Source: an uncultured Gemmatimonadota bacterium (lineage in GTDB: Bacteria; Gemmatimonadota; Gemmatimonadetes; Gemmatimonadales; Gemmatimonadaceae). From it: a stretch of DNA of 64,000 nt. The DNA lies in assembly GCA_947085385.1 (NCBI GenBank), contig CAMTWA010000020.1, positions 29,853-93,852 of the forward strand. The letters run 5' to 3'. The notes beneath the pieces were generated by a model. The model was not told where the DNA came from. It ran no database searches and worked only from the letters and a program-made list of their open reading frames with translations. Both the position numbers and the translations under genes were made by a program. Positions 30,736-37,857 of the stretch are shown here, piece by piece; within the stretch, counting starts at the first letter, position 1, and each line of letters begins with the position of its first letter.

Positions 30736-33506
30736 CGGATGCCCCCGCGCCAGCCGACCGGCAGCACCAGCTCCGCGCCAAACTGCACCGTCGGGAACAG
30801 GCGTGACGCTCGCGTAGCGGTGGCGAACTTCCCTTCGCGGTTGAACGCGTTGAAGGCATACACCGTCAGGCGGCCGTTCGTGGCGATGGTCTTTGCCAAT
30901 TGCAGAGAGGCGATCCAGTCGTTGGCCCGGGTATCCGAGACCGTCGAGACGCCGCGCCGCGGCTGGCGCAGGTCGGCGTACGCGGGGTCGGTGCGACTGG
31001 CGGCAGGGACGGCCGTGTACTGACCGGTGCGCGTGAGGTAGCCGCTCCACGACAATGTGTCGGTGCGCGCCACGTCCTGGGTGCGCTCGCCGACATACCA
31101 TTGAATGACGGCCGACACGAGCAACCCGGCCGCCGGCTGATGATGCGCCAGGCGCGCGCCGAGGATGCCGCGTCGCGCGTCGCGCGCGTAGCCGTCCCAC
31201 ACCGGAATGCGCCGCAGCCGCGCGTCGGTCTGGAACTGGTTGAACGACGAGCGTCCCACGCCGAACTCGAGCCCGCGCTGGCTGAAGCGCGTGTGCGTCC
31301 ATGCCCCCTGCAACTGCACGTCGAGCCGCAAGGCGTCAATGCGCCGCAGGCTCACCGTCGCTTCCACACCGCTGGACTTGGCGTCGAGCACGTGTCCGGG
31401 ACGGTCAATCGTGATGGGCACCGTGTCGATGGCGTACGGCGGTTCAATGAGCACCGGCGGCGAGCCGCTGCCGGGAATCGTGTTGCTCAGTGTGTACCGG
31501 TTGACGAACACGGCATCCGTGTAGCGGTCCTGTCCAACGCCCCCGTGCGTGCGCTCGTCGAACACCACGATCTCCACGGAGCCAATACGCCCCGCTGTCA
31601 GCTCCACACCGGCCTCGCGCTTCTGCATGGTGGTGAAACCAAGGCGGAGATTCGTGGGATCGCGCGTCTCCGTGGTCAGCACGGCGAGGCGCTCCGAAGG
31701 GGTGTTGGCGTACCAATTGACGTTGACGAGGTCGAACCACTGCGTGGCGGGCCAGAGCGATCCCATGGTCGGGGCCTTGGCGGTGCGCCCGGCGGCCGCA
31801 CGCAGGCGGATCCAGCCGGCAGGCACGAGCTGGGCGTTGACGCGTGGCGACAGTAGCCACTGCCGCACGGCCGTCGGCGAGTGCGCATCCGGCACCAGCG
31901 CGTCAGCGCGAGCGCCGAACTCGAATTCACCCTGGCCAAGCGCGCCGAGTTGACGTTGCAGCGACTGCTCGGCGTACAGCGCCGCAATCACCAGCGGTGG
32001 CACGCTGTCGAAGCGCCGCGGCCGGTCGAAGCCGCGAATGCCGTTGAACAGCACCTGCGGCGGGCGGTCCATCGCAAACGTATACCCTGCGCCTCCGTTG
32101 TACTCGGCGCGCAACTCGGCGCCGACGCGGCGGCGGGCCGACGGTTGCAGCCACTCGAGGCGGCCGTAGCCGAGCACGGGTGCGCCTTCGAGAGAGACTT
32201 CGGCCAGATAGGAGCCGCCGATGTAGCGACCCGTTGAACGCCCGGGAGTGAGCCGGTCGGTGAACGGCGTGGCGCCCGACGTCTTGAAGACGCTGGAGGA
32301 GGAGCGCTGGCGCTGCATCGTGGCGCTGTACGTCGCGTGCAGATGTGTCTGGTCGGCGGCGGCGGAGCGCCACCGGCCGAGCAGGCGCACGGTGAGGTTG
32401 CGTGACGACACGGCACGCCCCGGCAGCACGTCGGGCTGTTCGGGGGAGTCCTGCGTGACGAGCGCCGTCTGCAGGCGCAGGTCGCTGCTGCCGCCGCGGC
32501 GCGTGGTGCTGCGCATGGCGACGTCGAAGGCGACGCGTCGCGCCACATCGTCGTTAAGTCCTGGGGAAATGCGCGTGCTCGTGACATCGCCGAAGGCAGC
32601 GCCCACGCGATCGGGATTGAGCTGACGTCCGCCGCGCAGAGTGGCGGCCATCGAGCGCAAGTCGCCGCGGGCGAGCAGTTCGAGTGGCGACGGTGCGGTG
32701 CGCGTATCAACGATGACCGCGCCCTGGGTGAGGTCACCGTAGCGGGCCGGGGGGACGCCGCGAATGACTTCCACGCGTTCGAGCATCGATGCGGGGATGG
32801 CGCGCAGGTCCACGCCGGCGCCGGCATTGGTGGCCAATGACAGCTCACCGCGTCCGCCGAGGGACTGCAGGTTGGCATTGTTGGAGAGCGGTACGCCGTC
32901 GAGGATGATGGACGTGCCCAGCGCGGTGACGTCCTGCGCCCCGGGACCGCTGATGAAGTTGGCGGGTGCGGTGCGCAGGCTTACCTGTTGTGCGCCGGCG
33001 AGTCCCGGCGGCGCGATGGGCACGCCCGGCACGAGTTCGAGCACACCGGCGAGGCTGGCCGCCACCTGGTTCTCGATGGCGGCACGTCCGATGACGGTAG
33101 CGGAGGCGATGGTGCCGTCGGCGCGGGAGCGTGCGTCGGCGGTGACGCGCACGCGGTCGAGGCGCAGGGGGACGGTGGCGAGGGTGACGTCGACGCGCAG
33201 CGTGTCGTCGGCGCGGAGGTCGAGGTCGAGCCGTGCTTCGGCGAATCCGAAGCGGCGCACGCGAACGACGACCGGGCCGGCGGGCACGAGCGCGAGGCGC
33301 CAGACGCCGGTGGCGTCGGAGCGGGCGGTGAGGGGGGAGTTCTCGAGGAGAACGAGCGCGCCGTCGACGGGTCGCAGGTCGCCATGAGTGGTGACACGAC
33401 CGATTAGGGTGCCGGTGGCTTGGGCCTGTACCGCCGTGCTGGCGACGAACAGGCAAAGCGCGACGCCGGTTAGCAGATTGCGCGGGAGGTCTTCTGTCCC
33501 TCTCAT
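30732..33506 (-). CDS. TonB-dependent receptor with N-terminal carboxypeptidase-regulatory-like domain
   Basis: Signal peptide, CarboxypepD_reg-like TGTLIGRVT...GVWRLALVPAGPVVVRVRRFGF, plug motifs (IERVEVIRGVPPARYGDLTQGAVIV) and a long beta-barrel ending in an aromatic-rich tail. Confidence 0.85.
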   Translation of the reverse strand: MRGTEDLPRNLLTGVALCLFVASTAVQAQATGTLIGRVTTHGDLRPVDGALVLLENSPLTARSDATGVWRLALVPAGPVVVRVRRFGFAEARLDLDLRADDTLRVDVTLATVPLRLDRVRVTADARSRADGTIASATVIGRAAIENQVAASLAGVLELVPGVPIAPPGLAGAQQVSLRTAPANFISGPGAQDVTALGTSIILDGVPLSNNANLQSLGGRGELSLATNAGAGVDLRAIPASMLERVEVIRGVPPARYGDLTQGAVIVDTRTAPSPLELLARGDLRSMAATLRGGRQLNPDRVGAAFGDVTSTRISPGLNDDVARRVAFDVAMRSTTRRGGSSDLRLQTALVTQDSPEQPDVLPGRAVSSRNLTVRLLGRWRSAAADQTHLHATYSATMQRQRSSSSVFKTSGATPFTDRLTPGRSTGRYIGGSYLAEVSLEGAPVLGYGRLEWLQPSARRRVGAELRAEYNGGAGYTFAMDRPPQVLFNGIRGFDRPRRFDSVPPLVIAALYAEQSLQRQLGALGQGEFEFGARADALVPDAHSPTAVRQWLLSPRVNAQLVPAGWIRLRAAAGRTAKAPTMGSLWPATQWFDLVNVNWYANTPSERLAVLTTETRDPTNLRLGFTTMQKREAGVELTAGRIGSVEIVVFDERTHGGVGQDRYTDAVFVNRYTLSNTIPGSGSPPVLIEPPYAIDTVPITIDRPGHVLDAKSSGVEATVSLRRIDALRLDVQLQGAWTHTRFSQRGLEFGVGRSSFNQFQTDARLRRIPVWDGYARDARRGILGARLAHHQPAAGLLVSAVIQWYVGERTQDVARTDTLSWSGYLTRTGQYTAVPAASRTDPAYADLRQPRRGVSTVSDTRANDWIASLQLAKTIATNGRLTVYAFNAFNREGKFATATRASRLFPTVQFGAELVLPVGWRGGIR

Positions 33507-33577
33507 CCGAAGCCTCGAATGGAACAAGAACCATTGAATAACGCGCCCGTGAAGGCCGCATCGATTCGTCGCGTTCT

Positions 33578-33609
33578 CTATTGACACTCCGGCCCTGGGA
33601 AGTCAATAG
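33578..33609. promoter_or_regulatory. Palindromic divergent control element CTATTGAC-N16-GTCAATAG
   Basis: Perfect 8-bp arms. Each arm contains TTGAC(A/T), a -35-like hexamer for the gene on its own strand, with the other arm 17 nt downstream. Confidence 0.5.
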
Positions 33610-34268
33610 TGCAGCGCCCCTCGCAGCCTTCCCGACACCGATGGCCTTCCATGTCGTGGCGCTCAATATGGGTGGAGCGGATTCTGCTTGTCGGCCTGGC
33701 GGTACTCGCCTTCGTGCTCACACAGAATGTGCGTGCTGGACGCGCGCGCGAGCTGACGCTCAATCGCAAGCTGCGCGAGCCGTGGCAGGGGAATGCCATT
33801 GCCACCTTCAGCACCCGTTCCGTACAAGGCGATACAGTCACCGTCGCCCAGACGCCAGTAGGGATGAAGCAACTCGTGTACGTTTTCACCACCCGCTGTG
33901 CGTTCTGCCGGCGATCAAACTCGCACGTAGTCGCGCTGCAACAATCGCTCGACAGCGCGGCCGCTGCCGGAGAGGTGCGAGTGCAGATGGTTGGCGTCTC
34001 ACTCGATTCCCTTGCCGAGACCGAGCGCTACGTCAAGGAGCAGGCACTGACGTTTCCGGTTGTTCGGTTCCCGGAGCGCAAGCTGCAGCTGATCTACAAG
34101 ACCCAGGTGGTACCGTCGCTGATGCTGCTGACGGACGAAGGGCGCGTGATCCTAGCGCGGATTGGAGTATTTGAAACCGCGGCCGCTTACGACTCGATGC
34201 TGCGGGCGGCGCTCATTCCGCCGCCGAAGAGGGACTCATTGCCTTCTGCGTTATCAACAAGACCATAG
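33609..34268 (+). CDS. Membrane-anchored thioredoxin-fold thiol:disulfide oxidoreductase (TlpA/ResA-like), copy 1
   Basis: N-terminal TM (ILLVGLAVLAFVL). LVYVFTTRCAFCRRS gives a CxxC after a beta-strand. cis-Pro loop VVPSLMLL. An alternative start at the conserved Met 33651 is plausible if the upstream promoter-like element is real. Confidence 0.75.
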   Translation: MQRPSQPSRHRWPSMSWRSIWVERILLVGLAVLAFVLTQNVRAGRARELTLNRKLREPWQGNAIATFSTRSVQGDTVTVAQTPVGMKQLVYVFTTRCAFCRRSNSHVVALQQSLDSAAAAGEVRVQMVGVSLDSLAETERYVKEQALTFPVVRFPERKLQLIYKTQVVPSLMLLTDEGRVILARIGVFETAAAYDSMLRAALIPPPKRDSLPSALSTRP

Positions 34269-34315
34269 GTCAGCGTCAGTAGGGCGTTGTCATCCTGTAT
34301 ACTGGGAGGTGCCGG

Positions 34316-34561
34316 ATGAGCAGGAAACTCGCAGGGACTGTGCGACTGGCGATTCTCGCGCTGGCTGGCGTCGCTTTGGCGGCTGGTGCGGTTGAGGCGC
34401 GCACAGCGAGTCGGCTGGATGCTTGCTACTATTACCCTCCGTTCTATCTGGGGGCGTGCGCAAACACTCCGCAATGCAAAGACATGTGCTCGGCGTACTG
34501 GCCACCTAATCCGGACATCGGCGAGTGTTTGAATGAGCCGCTGTGCTGCGTTTGCGAATAG
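34316..34561 (+). CDS. Secreted 8-cysteine peptide precursor, defensin-like (CS-alpha-beta / gamma-core signature), copy 1
   Basis: GGGAGG lies 6 nt upstream of the ATG. Sec-type leader MSRKLAGTVRLAILALAGVALAAGAVEA. Core is C-x10-C-x5-C-x3-C-x12-C-x5-CC-x-C. All Cys are conserved in the paralogue at 37585. Confidence 0.7.
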   Translation: MSRKLAGTVRLAILALAGVALAAGAVEARTASRLDACYYYPPFYLGACANTPQCKDMCSAYWPPNPDIGECLNEPLCCVCE

Positions 34562-34562
34562 C

Positions 34563-34603
34563 CGTATTTGAGAACGACCTCAAGACCCATCGCTCGAAAT
34601 ACG
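34563..34603. terminator. Weak hairpin between convergent peptide and lipoprotein genes
   Basis: cgtatttgag ... ctcgaaatacg (7+3 bp with a bulge and a large loop). Confidence 0.25.
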
Positions 34604-34617
34604 CCCGGCACGCTTCG

Positions 34618-35889
34618 CTACGGAGTCACAAACGGCGAGGCCGGCAGGAGCTGAAAGTCACGCGCGCTCGATCGGCTTCGTCTGAGCCAGCTGGTGCTCG
34701 GCTGGCGTGTCCGCTGGAATGATTTGCCGGGGAACGTCCAGGCATTGAGCACGAGCGGAGTCGCATCGATGTTCCCGCCGACAGCAGGTGCGCAGAGCGG
34801 CGGGAACCGCGGGTCGGCCACGTCCCACGAAAACACGTCCAGCAGCGTGGCGCGCGGCAAGAAGATGCGATCGACTCCGTCGGCGGCATTCGGCTTGCGC
34901 CGCGCGGTGGCGACGTCCTGTGCCATCGCCACCACAAACGCGTTTTCTAAGGCCAGCCATTCGGGGCCGTGAGTGTTATACGAACCATACTTCAGTCTCG
35001 TGCCGACCGGGATCAAGTTCGGCACGGAAGGGTTGTCAACGTCACCGGGGCCGATGTACGTCTCAAAGTCCGCATTTCTCAGGTCGAACATGTCGTGCAC
35101 GCCAAATGGCCGGTGATCGATCGCATCGGTGGCCACCACGACCATTTCACCAGGCCTCAGGCGCTTGCCGAGTGGAGGGAACTGGTAGATGATGTCCGCC
35201 CAGACCCCTGTCGAGTCGTCATAGAGCTCGCGAGTAATGGTGCACCTTGTGCCTCCATAGTCTCTAGACGGACCCGTCGTACTCGCGATCAGCATACCGT
35301 CCAACGTGATCGTTGTGTCGCTGTTATTGTACAGTTCGACGTACCCGCCGGCGTTGTATTTCGTCCCGTTTGGCTGGAACGTGACGAAACCACCGTCGAG
35401 CAGTTCTGCAATGACGAGCGATCCACGGCGCACAACGCCCGCACTGAGATCGATCGCGAGCGTGCCGCCCGCGCTGCCCACCAAGAGGCCGCGGGCACCG
35501 CCCCACGCTGAAAAGTCCCGGTCGTCCGCCGTGAGCCTCGCCAGATCCGCAGGCGCGAATGCGCGCGTGACCGTCAGTTGGTAGTTTCCTTCCAACAGGT
35601 CATTGAACGTCGCCACGCCCGTGGCATTCGTGAGCACGCTGATCTCTGTGCCGCCCTCCCGACGCAGCACAACCGTCGCCCCGGGAATCACGTCGGGCCA
35701 GCCGAGCGTTCGAGCGAGCAACAGGTCGGGACTCTCGGGCCGCACAGTCACGCTGAGCGTGGTGCGCAGCACACCACTGCTTGGCGGCGAGGTCGTCCCC
35801 GGGTTCTCAGGAGCGCTCACTCTTGACTCGCCGCCGCCACAAGCGGCGAGCAGTACGCATAGCACCAGTGACCGGCAAGAGGGCGTCAT
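34618..35889 (-). CDS. Lipoprotein with carboxypeptidase-regulatory-like and lamin-tail-domain (LTD)-like regions, paralogue 1
   Basis: Lipobox LLAAC. ATVVLRREGGTEISVLTNATGVATFNDLLEGNYQLTV (CarboxypepD_reg-like). SLVIAELLDG...GGYVELYNNSDTTITLDG (LTD-like). 423 aa after trimming to MTPSCRSL. Confidence 0.7.
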   Translation of the reverse strand: MTPSCRSLVLCVLLAACGGGESRVSAPENPGTTSPPSSGVLRTTLSVTVRPESPDLLLARTLGWPDVIPGATVVLRREGGTEISVLTNATGVATFNDLLEGNYQLTVTRAFAPADLARLTADDRDFSAWGGARGLLVGSAGGTLAIDLSAGVVRRGSLVIAELLDGGFVTFQPNGTKYNAGGYVELYNNSDTTITLDGMLIASTTGPSRDYGGTRCTITRELYDDSTGVWADIIYQFPPLGKRLRPGEMVVVATDAIDHRPFGVHDMFDLRNADFETYIGPGDVDNPSVPNLIPVGTRLKYGSYNTHGPEWLALENAFVVAMAQDVATARRKPNAADGVDRIFLPRATLLDVFSWDVADPRFPPLCAPAVGGNIDATPLVLNAWTFPGKSFQRTRQPSTSWLRRSRSSARDFQLLPASPFVTP

Positions 35890-36032
35890 GACGGAGCGAA
35901 ATGAGGTCAGGCTGGCCGGAGCGTAGCGCCGACACGAACTGCTGTCACCTATGCAATTACCCGCGAGGAAAGTCAAGGGAGAGAGCGAGACGCTACGACA
36001 CCTGCTCAAACGGCACGTTCATCACCGGATAT

Positions 36033-36737
36033 TCACGCCATCCTTAGGTAGTCGAAATGCCACCACTCCGTGGGATTGACGGCGAATCCCTCCGTCTCCA
36101 TCACCAGCCGGAGCAAATCGCGCCTACCGCGCTCGTCGGCGGTACCGCCAGCGTAGTCGGGATACGCACGGTCGGTAAACTCGTCATACCCGCTCGGCAT
36201 GCGTGCGACGCGTCCGGTCGCGCGGTCGTACAGCGTCAGGTCCACGGCCGCGCCGCGATTGTGCCGCGAGCCCGTCGCAGGGTTGGCCACGAAGGTCCGC
36301 TGTGAGTCAGGCGTCGCCTCCCAGAACATCCACGTCACGTGCCACGGGCGGTACGCGTCATGGATCAGCAATCCGTAGCCGTCCCGCTCGAGCGCTTGAT
36401 GGGCGCGCACCAGCGCCTCGGCGGCCGGGCGCTGCAGGAACGCACGCACATGGGAGTACATGGCCGCCCCCATGGAGTTGTTTGTGGAGGCGTAGCGAAC
36501 GTCGAGCCGGATGGATGGGTCGAGTGCCACGAGTTCAACCAGACGCGCTGCACGCGTTCCTGCGAGCCCAGCGGACGGCGTCAGCGCCAACGCCTTGGCG
36601 CGCAACACCTCGACCGGACGGCGAGGGGGAATGCGAAAGGTCGCATGGACGGAGGTGTCCGTCTGCGCGCCGAGAGGAAGCACGGCGAAGACGGCGAGCA
36701 GAGCGAGGCGTGTGCAGTTCATGGAGAAGAGTCGCAT
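36033..36737 (-). CDS. D-alanyl-D-alanine dipeptidase (VanX/DdpX, peptidase M15D) with signal peptide
   Basis: DVRYASTNN, SRHNRGAAVD (SxHxxGxAxD) and PTEWWHFDY motifs. N-terminus MRLFSMNCTRLALLAVFAVLPLGAQ looks like a Sec signal. Confidence 0.8.
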   Translation of the reverse strand: MRLFSMNCTRLALLAVFAVLPLGAQTDTSVHATFRIPPRRPVEVLRAKALALTPSAGLAGTRAARLVELVALDPSIRLDVRYASTNNSMGAAMYSHVRAFLQRPAAEALVRAHQALERDGYGLLIHDAYRPWHVTWMFWEATPDSQRTFVANPATGSRHNRGAAVDLTLYDRATGRVARMPSGYDEFTDRAYPDYAGGTADERGRRDLLRLVMETEGFAVNPTEWWHFDYLRMA

Positions 36738-36842
36738 GACGCCGCAATAAGAGGCCGAGCGTCCAATGCATTCACGACTCCGAAGCGCACTCAAGAGCAT
36801 GCGCACTGTGCGGGATGGACGAACGACTGAACGGCGGCTCTT

Positions 36843-36874
36843 CTATTGACAGTCCGCCCCGGGAGGATTATGTC
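36843..36874 (+). promoter_or_regulatory. Promoter-like element CTATTGACA-N17-TATGTC upstream of TlpA-like copy 2
   Basis: TTGACA at 36846-36851, 17-nt spacer, TATGTC at 36869-36874. Homologous to the element at 33578. Confidence 0.45.
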
Positions 36875-36877
36875 GTG

Positions 36878-37537
36878 ATGCAACGCTCCGCGCGGCTTTC
36901 CCGATACCGGGGGTCGTCTATGTGGTGGCGCTCGATTTGGCTGGAACGCGCGTTACTTGGTGCCCTGACGATCCTGGCGTTCGTGCTCATTCGAGACGTA
37001 CGCGAGAGCCGCGTTCGCGAATTGCAGCTCAATCGGAGGCTGCGCGAGCCATGGCGGGGGAACGCCATGGCCACCTTCAGCGCGCGCTCAATCCAAGGCG
37101 ACACGGTCACGGTTGCGCGGGTGCCGGTGGGGTCGAATCAGCTGGTGTACGTCTTCTCAACCCGTTGCGCATTCTGTCGGCGATCGAATCCCCACATCAT
37201 CGCCCTGCAGCGAGCGCTCGACAGCGCGGCGATGACCGGCGGGGTACGCGTGCAGGTGGTCGGCATCTCGCTCGACTCGCTGCCCGAGAGCGAACAGTAT
37301 GTCGAGGAACAGGGGCTGACCTTTCCGGTCGTGCGGTTTCCGGAGCGCAAGCTGCGGCTGATCTACAAGACGCTGGTGGTGCCCTCGTTGATGCTCCTGA
37401 CAGACGAAGGACGCGTGATCTTGGCCCGGCTTGGGGTGTTCGAGACCAAGGCGGCCTTCGACTCGCTACTGAAGGCGGCGTTGACGCCGCCACCCAACAT
37501 GAAATCGCTCGCCGTCAGCGGCCCAACCGAGCCGTAG
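36878..37537 (+). CDS. Membrane-anchored thioredoxin-fold thiol:disulfide oxidoreductase (TlpA/ResA-like), copy 2
   Basis: Same length as copy 1 (219 codons) and roughly 70 percent identical by hand alignment. Same CAFC motif. Alternative start at Met 36920. Confidence 0.75.
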   Translation: MQRSARLSRYRGSSMWWRSIWLERALLGALTILAFVLIRDVRESRVRELQLNRRLREPWRGNAMATFSARSIQGDTVTVARVPVGSNQLVYVFSTRCAFCRRSNPHIIALQRALDSAAMTGGVRVQVVGISLDSLPESEQYVEEQGLTFPVVRFPERKLRLIYKTLVVPSLMLLTDEGRVILARLGVFETKAAFDSLLKAALTPPPNMKSLAVSGPTEP

Positions 37538-37584
37538 CGCCCGGCGGCGGGCGGACGGTTTTCACTCAACGCGGGAGGTTCCTG

Positions 37585-37830
37585 ATGAAGGAACGAGCTA
37601 CTGCAATAGCACGAATGGCGATACTGGCGCTGGCCGTCGGCGCACTCGTGACCGGGGCTGCCGAAGCGCGGTCGGCCCGGAAGGCGGACGAGTGCCTCTA
37701 TCTGCCGCCGTTCTACCTTGGCGCGTGCACCAGCGACGAGGCCTGCCGGGCCATGTGCGCGCCCTATTATCCCGAGAATCCCGACGTCGGTGCATGTTTG
37801 CCAGCCTGGATCTGCTGCATCTGCGAATAG
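37585..37830 (+). CDS. Secreted 8-cysteine peptide precursor, defensin-like, copy 2
   Basis: GGGAGG lies 6 nt upstream of the ATG. Leader MKERATAIARMAILALAVGALVTGAAEA. Cysteine spacing identical to copy 1. The ORF track shows it only inside a longer out-of-context ORF (36922..37830). Confidence 0.7.
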   Translation: MKERATAIARMAILALAVGALVTGAAEARSARKADECLYLPPFYLGACTSDEACRAMCAPYYPENPDVGACLPAWICCICE

Positions 37831-37857
37831 GACTCCGGATTTCGATCACCGCCCCTG

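Noticed and set aside
29212-31302. 696-aa version of the ORF downstream of the TonB receptor
   Set aside because: The first 189 codons overlap the receptor gene in another frame and are Arg-rich. A Met with a clear signal peptide sits exactly at the ATGA overlap with the receptor stop, so the shorter form was used.
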